Shown here piece after piece: positions 50,869 through 62,190 of a stretch of DNA of 64,000 bases. This DNA is from Mobula hypostoma (lineage: Eukaryota). Location: contig NC_086109.1 of assembly GCF_963921235.1 (NCBI RefSeq), positions 15,254,001-15,318,000 on the forward strand. Direction: 5' to 3'. The translations under genes and the position numbers were made by a program. How positions within the stretch are numbered: position 1 is the stretch's first letter; each line of letters starts with the position of its first letter. The notes beneath the pieces are model-generated. The model did no database searches. It worked only from the letters and a program-made list of their open reading frames with translations, and had not been told where the DNA came from.

Positions 50869-52053
50869 GATGGAGATGGAGAGAGAAGCCACCAGAATGA
50901 AGAGGTCGTAGACAGCAGAAAGGAGTGGACTTGGAGCAGGGCCAGGAGTCGACGAAGCCCGGGGAACTCAAAAGAGGATCAACAAAAGGGAAACCATAAT
51001 CTCCAACTTGTGCACATTAGACTATTTCCTTTTGTTTTCTTTACTAACCCTTCAGTCAAATTAAGAATTACAAAGCTAAATCATTTAATTGCATGTGGTG
51101 TGTTACATACCTCAAGGAGATCTGTGATTTTTTTTTGTGAGAATGATGTAATGGTCTCTTGGAGGTCACCTGATGTAATTTTCCCGCCGATGTGAGGTCA
51201 CGTGATGAACATGTGCACCACGGGTATATAAGGGAAGGCCTCAGATGACGCAGTTAGTTTTTAGTTTTTTAGTTTTTAGTTTTCCAGCTAGAACGTTGAT
51301 GTGTCTCTGTTTCTGTTGCGTATTTGTTTTTATGACGCCGTTTCAATTTTAAAACGCAGTGTTACGTTCTGTTGCAAAGTAAAACAGTGCCGGACTGGAA
51401 ATTTTTGCTAGAGGTGTTGATGTACCTTATTCAGGCAGTAGTACGGGAGAGTGAAGACCTTATCGAAGTACAGGACCCGAAGGATTGAGAGGAGTCGGTA
51501 TCGTTCGGCAGTTTAACAAAGGATCGACCTTATTGAGTTTAAACTGTTTATTTCCTGCATCGTGAATCCTTTGGACAGAACCAACAGGAAAGTCGCGTCT
51601 TTGAAGAAATCCTTCTCCAGAGAAGTCTCTCCCAATTGAACGTATAAATCTGTTGGACTTTCAAATTTACCATTTTAAGAACTGTATCTGACTTTACCGC
51701 TTTAAGAACTGGTTTCACATTTAACGCTTTAAGAACCAGTGCCGAGTGAAGATTTGTTGAACGGCTGCATAGTGGTTAACTTCCGGTTAAGGTTTTCGTT
51801 TGTTTTTATTTATTGTTTATCTGTGTTTAATAAATGTTTAGTTGTTTTTATATAACCTGTCTCGATTGATATTCATTGTTGCCGGTTACATAACAGGTGT
51901 ACTGTCTGTTTTCTCGTGGTACTGATTTGTAGCGGTATCAAATCACACAGCATCCACACAAACAGGAGGTTTTGCACCTCAATTTCACGCGTTTGGCGGG
52001 GCCGGAGATGATCTTCCCTAGACCTACGCAGCCGAGAGAACCTAAGGGCTACA
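50869..52053 (+). mobile_element. 5'-truncated LTR-like element interrupted by a solo LTR
   Basis: Ends GGGCTACA; AAATCACACAGCATCCAC motif shared (antisense) with 55483-56243. Confidence 0.6.
51101..51895 (+). mobile_element. Solo LTR (Gypsy-like), 795 bp
   Basis: GGTG|TGTTA...TAACA|GGTG 4-bp TSD; TATATAA ~51224; AATAAA 51829-51834. Confidence 0.9.
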
Positions 52054-52989
52054 TTTAGAATTACTGTGAATGCCTGCAAAAAATGAATCTCAAGGTAGTA
52101 TATGGTGAAAATACCTTTTCTGTGAACTTTGGACTTTTGTACTTTGAATTCCTCCAGCAGTTTGCATGTTGCTCCAGATTACAGTGTCTACAGTCTCTGG
52201 GGTCTCCAAGTTTCTGAGATTTATGAATTCAAGGTGACCAAAGTTGTGTCAGACTTCTCTGGCACCTAGGTATAGTGGGTATAGCTGGTGCAAACTTTGA
52301 ACTGAAATATAGAGGTAATCCTTCTTTCTCCTTGCTGTTCCTGGAGGTCCATATGGGCAGGAGTCACAGAGGATTGGTGACTCCACAGCCCCTACCCCCG
52401 ATGGTCACTGGGGTTGCGAGTCCAGAAGTTGAAGCTCCAAGGTCTGACCAATGGTCAACAAGTTGTGGAGATGATACCCAGAGGTAGGTGAAAAGGCTAA
52501 AGTTTGAAGTCCAATGCTCAGCGTCCAGAGGTAAAGGCTGAAGTATGAAGCCCCTGGGTAGGCTTCTCCAGAGGTTTGAGGCCTGATGTCTGTAAGTCCA
52601 GGCCAGGGACTGGAAGTTGGAGGCCTGATGTTTGCAAATCTCAGAGTCCATGGCCAAGGACTGGAGGCCTGAAGGCAGCCTGTCCTTGGGCTGGAGACCT
52701 GACTGTGTGTGTGAGTGGGTGGGAAAGGGGCTTGCTTTGCTGTTGTTGATGCTAGTGTCGTTCAGCAGAACATCGTAGGCACGCTATGTCGGAGCCAGAA
52801 TGTGTGGCGACACTTGCAGGCTCCCCCCAGCACATCCTAGGTGTTGGTTGTCAACACAATTGACACATTTCACTGTATTTTTCCAACGTACTCATGATGA
52901 GTAAATCTGCATATGAATCTGAAAACAAAATACAACACGATGCCACTCCAATAGTGTGTATCAAGCGCCAGAGACTGTATGGATGAGTA

Positions 52990-53691
52990 CACTCAATGGC
53001 CACTTTATTAGGTACATCCTATAATCAGAATCAGGTGTAATATCAACAGCATATGTCATAAAATCTGTTGTTGTGTGTCAGCAGCACATGCGATATATAA
53101 TAATAAAAACTGTGAATTACAGTAAATATATATATATCTATATAAAAAAATAGCGAGGTAGTGTCCATGGATTCAATGTCCATTCAGAAATGTGATCGCA
53201 GGTGGTCACCGAGTGTATGTTCGTGGTTTTATACTGTTGTAATCCATCCACTTCAGAGATACTCTTTTGCACAACGTTGTTTTAACCCGTCACCTTCCTG
53301 TCAGCTTGAAATAGTCTGTACATTCTCCTCTGACCTCTCTCATTAACAAGGCACTTTCGCCCACAGGACAGCCATTCACTGGAATTTTTTTTTGTTTTTT
53401 ACACCATTCTCTGTAAACTCTAGAGACTGTTGTGTGTGAACATTCCCGGAAATCAGCAATTTCTGAGATACTCAAACCTCCTGGTCTGGCACCAACAATC
53501 TTTCCATGGTTAACGTCATTTAGATCACATTTCTTTCGTCCCATTCTGATGTTCGGTCTGAACAACAACTGAACCACTTGACCATGCATGCATGCTTTTA
53601 TGCATTGAGTTGCTGCCACATGATTAGTTAGTTAGATATTTGCATTAACAAGCAGGTGTACAGGTGTACCCAATAAACTGGCCACTGAGCA
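52990..53691 (-). mobile_element. Second Tc1-like element with a Rex tail insert (~53023-53195)
   Basis: TA|CACTCAATGGCCACTTTATTAGGTAC ... GTACCCAATAAACTGGCCACTGAGCA|TA; MGRKKCDLNDVNHGKIVGARPGGLSISE. Confidence 0.87.
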
Positions 53692-54874
53692 TATTTCGAT
53701 AAGCTTTCTGTTGGGTAACTTGATAGTTGCTGAGTAGGTCAGGAGATATCTTCTCCACACTGCAGCCTTGGTGGGAATATATCAGCAGAGAGATATGAGT
53801 TGCTTTATTCTTCAGAGTTGTCAAATCAGCTGGGATTTGGGAACTCAGGGGAGTGATAACAACATGCTAAAATTCAATGGAGTATTCACTGCCACTCTCA
53901 AAAGCAATTCCTTTGCATATGCTTTGAGTGAGAAAAGTCTGGGTGAAGCTGCTGACGTTTTAAAATATTGAATCACAGCCCCTTCCCTCCTCCTTTTCTC
54001 CAGGAGGGACTACTCCCCATTTAAAATCCATGCATTCATATTCAAAGCTAGGAAAGCAATTCCACAGCAGGATTGAAATATGGGTCACAGCTGCCACAGG
54101 CTATAATTTTACCCAATAATGCCTTCTAATAAATGGCAATAATTGGATTGCCTTGTCCTTTATTTATAATTTTCAGTTTATTGAACTTCTTTTTTGAACT
54201 TGTTCCTGGAGTTCTTTATACAGCACACTAGTTTATAAACTTTTCAGCGGGGCTAGAAGAAAAATGACAGCAAAACCCATCCAAAGTTCAAAGTTCAAAA
54301 TTTACTGTTAAAGAACTTGCATGTCACCACATGCTATCTTGAGATTCATTTTCTTGCAGGCATTCACAGTAAAAGAAATACAACGGAATCAATGAAAAAT
54401 GACTCATAAAGACTGACAAGCGACCAATGTGCAAAAGAAGACCAAAATAGTCTGAAGGATTTATGCTCATCCCTCATTTTTGGTTTATTTCCCGCTGTGC
54501 TTCTAAATGATAGTTTGCATTTCACTATCTGGCTCGAAGTTCCGGTGGGCCTGAGGGCTGGGCATTTCGTAGAGTTGCAAAGGATGGATAGTGAACCAGT
54601 AGTATTCAATAGCTGGAGGTACTGAATGGATGCAGGCTGTCGGGTGAAGGTGGAACCAGCGAAGGGTGGTACTGCTCAGCACTGAATGGTATCGGATCGA
54701 TTGAGAGAATGTGGCAGGTGCACACGTGGCTGATCGATCGCACGGTAAATCAACTGGGCTTCCTATGTACGGAAAGCTTTTGAGTGTTCACGTTTTTTTG
54801 TCTCAGCAGGTCTGGTTTATAGCTGCTGCACTGTAAATTGCCCAGTGTGTACCATGGATAGCATGACTCAGTTC

Positions 54875-55228
54875 TCATTATCGTTATGTGCCGTGTTGTA
54901 TGACGTAGGTGATCATGGTCTATGACCATGACTGTTCTCTGCAAATTCTACAGAAGTGGTTTGCCATCGTCTTCTTCTGGGCAGTGTCTTTACAAGATGG
55001 GCAACTCCAGCCATTATCAATACTCTTCAGAAATTGTCTGCCTGGCGTCAGTGGTCGCATAACCAGGACTTGTGATATGAACCAGCTGTTGATACCACCA
55101 TCCACCACCTGCTCCCATGGGGGACTAAGCAGGCGCTCCACCTTGCCCAAGGGTGACCTGCAGGCTCGCGGATGGAAGGAGCGCCTTACACTTCCTTCGG
55201 AAGGAGACACAGCTCCACCCCGCCACCT
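54875..55228 (-). mobile_element. RTE-tailed SINE-like element
   Basis: Reverse complement of the 40458 family. Confidence 0.7.
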
Positions 55229-55482
55229 AACGACTCAGTAAAGTAATCCTACCACTCCATTGTTGTTCTCACTCTGCGCATAAGCAGCATGGGTCGGTGC
55301 AGGTGTGGGGCTTAAAGGGGAAGTGGGGACAAGTGTGTGCAATGTGGGGGGGGTGGTGTTGGTGACTGAAGGGTCCTCACAGTAATTTCAATCCAATAAG
55401 GAGAATGGGAAGGGAACTCATGGGACAGCTCTGCTGCAAGCCAGCGTCCACCCAAGGAGCCAAATGGCCTTCTGCATTGTTG

Positions 55483-56243
55483 TGAAACCCCCTTCTACTG
55501 GGCACCTGTGGAAATGCGACTCGTTAGCCCCTCGCTAACAGCCACTGGATTCGGCGGCAAGAAACCCACCTTTCTCAGGCTTCATACGTCTAGGGAGTAA
55601 ATGACTTTGAGGTTGGGAATATCTCGCACCCCACTCTGCGTGAATGCTGTGTGATTTACTGCCCCTGGCAGTCACCCGTCAGCAAGAAATAACAGGTCGC
55701 ACACTACATAAAATTAATAAAAAGTATATTTAAGAATTTAACTCAAGCAAACAGTTATTAAAGGAAAGAAAGAAAAAATCCAAAAGGGACCATTATACTC
55801 GGTCACATGTGCATGGTGGAGCTCTAATCTCAAACACGCTGGACCTTTGGTCTGCACAGAAGCTTACACCACCTTTCCAATGTTGCTTGAAATCCATTTT
55901 GAAGAACCGGGCTCTCCCATGGGAGTATTGGTCCTTCCTCTTTGAAGCCATTCATCTGCACAAAGCTCCTAGTGCAGCAGGGACGGCATCCTCCACCACC
56001 TTCCTTCCTGTCTTCTCCCAGCTCCTGTCAACAAAGACCTCCCCCCGCCCCCGAGCGTTCTCTTGAATCTTGCCCCATTTCTATCATCCTGACTGGCTGA
56101 CACCACATTCCTAAGGTGAACAACAAAGTCTCTTATCTTAACTCAAACCCAAACCAGCTGAAAGCAGAACAAACTGTTCTTATAAAACTGCTGAAATGAA
56201 ATACCTGCAGCATAGCAGTAGAAGTCTTAACCAGGGTGTTACA
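55483..56243 (-). mobile_element. Solo LTR
   Basis: GTTG|TGAAACCCCC...GGGTGTTACA|GTTG; 4-bp TSD, imperfect inverted termini. Confidence 0.78.
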
Positions 56244-56494
56244 GTTGTAAGTACAAGTACAAGGTGATTAACTCAGAACTGGTCAGTTTGATGCAGCCAC
56301 CCAATGGTCTGCAAGGAAAGGCTTGGCTTTTCATTTATCACTTAGCAAGTGAAAATCAAAATGTCGACGTCAGTAGACTCATCAGTACTTATTCAATGCA
56401 ACTGTTGAAATTTCCTGTTTCATCCACATCTTAACTCCAAGAGCAAGAAAAATGTATTTTTAAAGACCTGCATTTTACTTGTGTGGGATATTGG

Positions 56495-56915
56495 AGATCT
56501 ACTGGGTTGTCCATCGTGTCCGACTTTGACAGGAAGCTTGTGTGGGTGAGCTTTAAAGTAGAAAAGTCGTTGCACTGGGGCAGAACCACTGTCTTGACCT
56601 TGGAAGTTCTGGTCCAGTGGTATGAATGAGCGTGACAAACTGGGGTTTTCCTTGGTTGCAGTGGATGACCACAATGTCTTCTGTGTCTTGTCCTGCCCTT
56701 TGCTCTCCACAGAGCATCGCTGTATTGCTTTCCTCGCTGTCGGCTTTCACTGTAGATCTCATCCAGCCACTCCGCCGGAGCTGATTTTGCATGTTAGGAC
56801 GGGCAAGTCCCTGTCTCACTGGGGATTGAGGCCACTGGCTACCACTACATGGTTTAGTCTGCCTGTCGAAGCAGTGTACCAGGGTATGGATGCTGTTGTA
56901 TGTAAACAGCTACTT
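56495..56915 (-). mobile_element. Non-autonomous RTE-derived element
   Basis: Minus-strand 3' end AGTCGGACACGA, typical of RTE/BovB tails. Confidence 0.5.
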
Positions 56916-56916
56916 G

Positions 56917-57915
56917 GAATCAGAATCAGGTTTATTATTATCGGCATGTGACGTGAAATTTGTTAACTTCACAGTAGCAGTTCAATGCAATACATAATCT
57001 AGCAGAGGGAAAAAATAATTAAAATGAAGCATAATAATATATAAACAAGTAAATTAATGACATATATTGAATAGATTAAAAAACGTGCAAAAACAGAAAT
57101 ACTGTATATGGAAAAAAAAGTGAGGTAGTGTCCAAAGCTTCAATGTCCATTTAGGAATCGGATGGCAGAGGGGAAGAAGCTGTTCCTGAATCACTGAATG
57201 TGTGCTTCAGGCTCCTGTATCTCCTACCTGATGGTAACAGTGAGAAAAGGGCATGCCCTGGGTGCTGGAGGTCCTTAATAATGGATGCTGCCTTTCTGAG
57301 TCACCGCTCCCTGAAGATGTCCTGGGTACTTTGTAGGCTCGTGCCCAAGATGGAGCTGACTAGGTTTACAACCTTCTGCAGTTTCTTTCGGTCCTGTGCA
57401 GTAGCCCCTCCATACCAGACAGTGATGCAGCCTGTCAGAATGCTCTCCACAATATAGAAGTTTTAGAACGTATTTGTTGACAAGCCAAATCTCTTCAAAC
57501 TCCTAATAAAGTATAGCCATTGTCTTGCCTTCTTTATAACTACATCAATATGTTGGCACCAGGTTAGGTCCTCAGAGATCTTGACACCCAGGAACTTGAA
57601 GCCGCTCACTCTTTCCACTTCTGATCCCTCTATGAGGATTGGTATGTATTTCTTTGTCTTACCCTTCCTGAAGTCCACAATCAGCTCTTTTGTCTTACTG
57701 ACATTGAGTATTTCGGATCTCTCCCTCCCCCTCCCACTTTCAAATCTCTTACTATTTCTTCTTTCAGTTAGTCCTGACGGAGGGTCCTGGCCCGAAACGT
57801 CGACTGTACCTCTTCCTATAGATGCTGCCTGGCCTGCTGTGTTCTCCAGCATTTTTTGAGTATGTTGCTGACATTGAGTGCCAGTTTTTGCTGCGGCATC
57901 ATTCCACTAGTTGGC
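56917..57915 (-). mobile_element. Rex1/Babar 3' fragment with a Penelope-like insert at 57710-57867
   Basis: LNVSKTKELIVDFRKG..KKARQWLYFIRSLKRFG; TSD CTGACATTGAGT at 57698-57709 and 57868-57879. Confidence 0.9.
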
Positions 57916-57964
57916 ATACGAGTTGGCCACAGGTGAGAGCTGAGTGTCTGGTTGGGACCAAAGT

Positions 57965-58745
57965 TGAGCGAGCCCTCCCCACTATTGAGCACATCTACAT
58001 GGAGCTTTATTGCAGGAAAGCAGTATCCATTAACAGAGACCCCACCAGCCAGGCTATGCTCTCTTGTCCCTGCTGCCATCAGGAAGAAGGCACAGGAGCC
58101 TCAGGACTCACGCCACCAGGTTCAGGAACAGTTATTATCTCTCAGCTATCAGGCTGTTGAATCAAAGGGGATAACTTAACATAGAACATAGAATAGCACA
58201 GCATGGTACAGGTCCTTTGGCCCACATTGTTGTGCCAACCCTTAAACCCTACCTCCCATATGACCCCCCCACCTTAAATTCCTCCATATACCTGTCTAGC
58301 CTCTTAAATTTCACTAGTGTACCTGCCTCCACCACTGACTCAGGCAGTGCAGTCCACGCACCAACCACTCTCTGAGTAAAAAACCTTCCTCTAATATCCC
58401 CCTTGAACTTCCCACCCCTTACCTTAAAGCCATGTCCTCTTGTAACTTCACTCAACTTCACTTCCCACAACCAATGGGCTCACTTTCAAGGACTCTGTAT
58501 CTCATACTCTAGATACCTATTGCTTATTTATTTATTTATTATTGTTGTTTCTTCATTTTGTATTTGAAGAGTTTGGTGTCTTCTGCACTCTGATTGAACA
58601 CCTTGGTTGGGTGGTCTTTCAATCAATCAGTTGTGATTAATATTCTATAGATTTATTGAGTATGCCCACAAGAAAATGAGTCTCTGGGTTGTATATGGTG
58701 ACATATACGGTATCTACTTTGATAATAAATTTACTTTGAACTTTT
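57965..58745 (+). mobile_element. Rex 3' fragment with nested CR1 end (58180-58443, minus)
   Basis: LPTIEHIY; FFTQRVVGAWTALP on minus; TAACTT duplicated at the CR1 flanks. Confidence 0.82.
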
Positions 58746-58779
58746 GAAGTACATGTGGCAAATAAAACTAATCTTTTAA

Positions 58780-59091
58780 CCTACACACATAAAAGACGGG
58801 AGGCCTAGGCCCATGATCCTTTCATATCACTTTTGCCAATCACCCGTCCAGCTCTTGGCTCCATCCCTCCCCCTCCTGTCTTCTCCTATCATTTTGGATC
58901 TCCCCCTCCCCCTCCCACTTCCAAATCTCTTACTAGCTCTTCCTTCAGTTAGTCCTGACGAAGGGTCTCGGCCCGAAACGTCGACTGTACCTCTTCCTAG
59001 AGATGCTGCCTGGCCTGCTGTGTTCACCAGCAACTTTGATGTGGGTTGCTTGAAATTGCAGCATCTGCAGATTTCCTCGTGTTTGCGTTTT
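58780..59091 (+). mobile_element. Penelope-like terminal-repeat insert with 11-bp TSD
   Basis: TAATCTTTTAA at 58769-58779 and 59092-59102; pyrimidine-rich tract, hammerhead motif, GATGCTGCCTGGCCTGCTG. Confidence 0.85.
58951..58986 (+). ncRNA. Minimal type I hammerhead ribozyme motif
   Basis: AGTC-CTGACGA-A-GGG(TCTCGG)CCC-GAAA-CG-TC^GACT: stem I AGTC/GACT, intact CUGANGA and GAAA core, GUC cleavage triplet. Confidence 0.8.
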
Positions 59092-59344
59092 TAATCTTTT
59101 AATTTCTTTTGTTGGGCCATGCTGTTTGAGTAACTTGCGAGAGTAACTACAGTGGATGTTGGAGATGATACGTATTAAGGCAGAGGTGGAGGGAAAGGGT
59201 GTTTAGGGTGGAGGACAGGGTAGGCTGCAGGATCTTGATGCTTTGAGTTTCATCGGTGCTGTTGAGTATAGTTACAAGAAAATGCTGAGTTGGCCAAAAT
59301 ACATGGGTGCAGACACAGGGAAGCCAGCATTAGTTTTATTATTT

Positions 59345-59732
59345 CTGTATTATTATGTGCTGTTTCGTATGACGTAGGCAATCATGATCTTTCCATGACC
59401 AAGATTGTTCCTCACAAATTTTTCAAAAGAAGAGGATTGCCATTCCCTTCTTCTGGGCAGGGTCTTTACAAAATGGATGAACTCAGCCATTATCAATAGT
59501 CTTCAAGGACTGTCTACCTGTCGTCAGTGGTCACATAACCAGGACGTCTGATATGCATCAGCTGCTCATACGGCCATCCACCATCTGCTCTCGTGGCTTC
59601 ACGTGGCACTGATCGGGGTGGGGGTGGTGGACTAAGCAGGTGCTACACCTTGCCCAAGGGTAACCTACAGGCTAGTGGAGGAAAGGAGTGCCTTACACCT
59701 CATTTGGTAGAGCTGTATCTCCACCCTGCCAT
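59345..59732 (-). mobile_element. RTE-tailed SINE-like element
   Basis: Third copy of the 40458 family. Confidence 0.7.
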
Positions 59733-59874
59733 CCTGCTGTGTTTTTACTGGAGGGAAAATGCACTGGGGATACTGCCCCTGATCTGAATGTCTTCAGCTG
59801 GAGACTCTGCCCACGTGGACATCAGTTAAGATGCAGCCATTCCACTCTGTGGCTCGATCTCTCTGGGCCTGCAT

Positions 59875-60165
59875 CCTCTGAAGTTTAGAAAAATTAAGGA
59901 ATCTCATTGAAATCTACCAAATGGTGAATGGATGGGCAGAGGATATTTTCGATAGTGGGAGAGTCTCGAACCAGATGGCACAGCCTGAGAATACAAGGTC
60001 AACCCTTTAGAACAGAGATCATGAGAAATTTCTTTAGCAAGAAGGTGGGGACTCTGTGGAATTCATTGTTGCAGACAGCTGTAGAGGCGAAGTTATTAAG
60101 TACATTTAATGCAAAGTTTGAGAGCTATGATTAATAAGAGTGTTAAACCTTACAGGGAAAAAGGT
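59875..60165 (+). mobile_element. CR1 3' fragment
   Basis: GESRTRWHSLRIQGQPFRTEIMRNFFS..LWNSL. Confidence 0.85.
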
Positions 60166-60261
60166 TCAAAGTTCATTTTCTTGCAGGCATTTTCATTATA
60201 GTATCAATGAAAGACTTCACCGACAGGGTGAACAACCAGTGTGTAAAAGACAAACTGTGCA

Positions 60262-60870
60262 AGTTTGAAGATGGCGGCGCGCCTGTGTGTGCGCAGCCCT
60301 CCCGTGAAAAATGATATCATATCTGTTAAATAGGGGCCATGGACAATTCTGATTTGATGGAGAATGGATGTGAAAGCACAGAGGAACATCTGGAGAAATT
60401 TCTGAAACGCCTGTTCACTGCTGTGTGGTTGGGAATCTTTCGGAGGGTAGGCCTCAAAATCCCCAGCCTTGCCTGCTTTTGGCGACCGAGAAGGAGGTCG
60501 AATCATTCGGACAGAGATGGCGCTCAGTACTTGGTGTCGGATAGCTGATCAGAGCTCGAAGTTTTCGGACGACTCAGAGTCGGACCGTGGTCGGGTATGG
60601 CAGGGAGAGTTTTTCTTCCGTCTCTCGTCTGCATGAGATGTGGGACATTTGAGAAACTTTGAACTTTACTGTGCTCATGGACTTCTTCATCAAGTTATGG
60701 TATTGTGCACTGTTGTAACTATCTGTTATAATCATGTGGTTTTGTCAGTCTTTTCAGTCTTGGTCTGTCCTGTGTTTCGTGATATCACACCGGAGGAAAT
60801 AATGTATCATTTCTTAATGCATGCATTACTAAATGACAATAAAAGAGGACTGCGTGTTTTCATAATCTAA
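60262..60870 (+). mobile_element. Complete-looking non-autonomous Rex-like element
   Basis: Starts AAGATGGCGGCGCG, ends AATAAAAGAGGACTGCGTGTTTTCATAATCTAA; inserted in a Rex 3' UTR. Confidence 0.78.
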
Positions 60871-60920
60871 ATGCAAAAAGAAAGAAAAAAATAAATGATA
60901 AAATTAATACTAATAATAAC

Positions 60921-62190
60921 ATCAGGCAGAACTTAATTCAAGGCCTTAAGAAAATCTGCCAAATTGAGCTCAACAGTAAAAATATAACAAAAGCAATAAA
61001 CACTTTTACCACTCCTATATTAACATATTCTTTTGGCACAATATCTTGATCTGAAACAAATCTGGAAAACTTACATAAAAAATAAAAACTGAAATGACAA
61101 ATTTCAGAAAACATTATGTAAACTCGACTGCACTTAAATTAACCTAGTACAGCGGGGGAAGAGGAATAACAGACATTAAAAATCTACACAACTGTCAGAT
61201 AAAACTTCTTAGGACATATTTTCATCAATGAAAACAGGATTCAGCACTCCACGTGAGCATATGCATTTCTGATAAGAAGTATACATGACTAAACTTAAAT
61301 AAGAGCACAACACAGAAAAATGAAGACATTATCACTGTTGAAGAAAAAGTTAAGCAATGGAAGAGCTTGACCTTCCATGGAAGACATCCCCACAATCTGA
61401 GCAGACTAGATATCAACAAGGATATGTCAAATTCTTGGTTCAGAGTTGGAGCCCTCTTCCCTGAAACAGAGGGGTTCCTTGTGGCAATACTAGATCAGGT
61501 GGTTAACACAAAAAATCATCAAAATATGTAATAAAAAACCAAAAATTTCAAAATAAATGTAGAAAATGCAAAGGAAAGCCAGAAACAATCCAATACATTA
61601 CAGAATCCTGTACCAGTTTAACTCAATCTGATTACTTACACTGACACAATCAAGTGGCAAGCACCATTCACCAAAATTTTGCTTTAAAGTACAAACTCAT
61701 AAAAGAAATCCTACCTTACAATAAATACAAAACTGATCTAGTTTAGAGTCAGAATACCACAAATTATATTACAATCGATCCATTAATGCAGATAATAATA
61801 GTCCAGATATAATAATACTGGATAAACAGGCAAGAACAACTTATTTAATATATATGGCCATTCCATACACACAAAACTTACTAAAACAATAAGTGAATAA
61901 AGAACAGAAAAATGCTGAAAAATGAGGAAATTGAAAAACTTTGGAACATGAGCAGGGTATACATTGTCCAGATAGTAATATCTACAAGTGGTATCATCCC
62001 AAGATCTCAACACAATAGCATTAAACAATTAGAGCTACACAGCAATATTTATGTAAATCTTCAGAAAGCCACAATACTAAACACCACAAGAATAGTCTGA
62101 AAGTCCCTAGCAATTGAAAGATGAGCGTGCTCGGTTATGCCCATACCTCAGATTTTAGCAGCTTGAGCTGAGAAAAAAATGTGTTTATAA
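60921..62190 (+). mobile_element. R4/Dong-like RLE LINE, 5'-truncated, degenerate
   Basis: KAINTF, ETEGFLVAILDQV, KCRKC..PETIQYITESC, H.HNQVA, PDI, IVISTSGIIP, LQKATILNT; flanked by TAA-rich runs. Confidence 0.82.

Noticed and set aside
51101..56243. Full LTR provirus between the LTRs
   Set aside because: The LTRs are different, each has its own TSD, orientations are opposite and no gag-pol lies between them.
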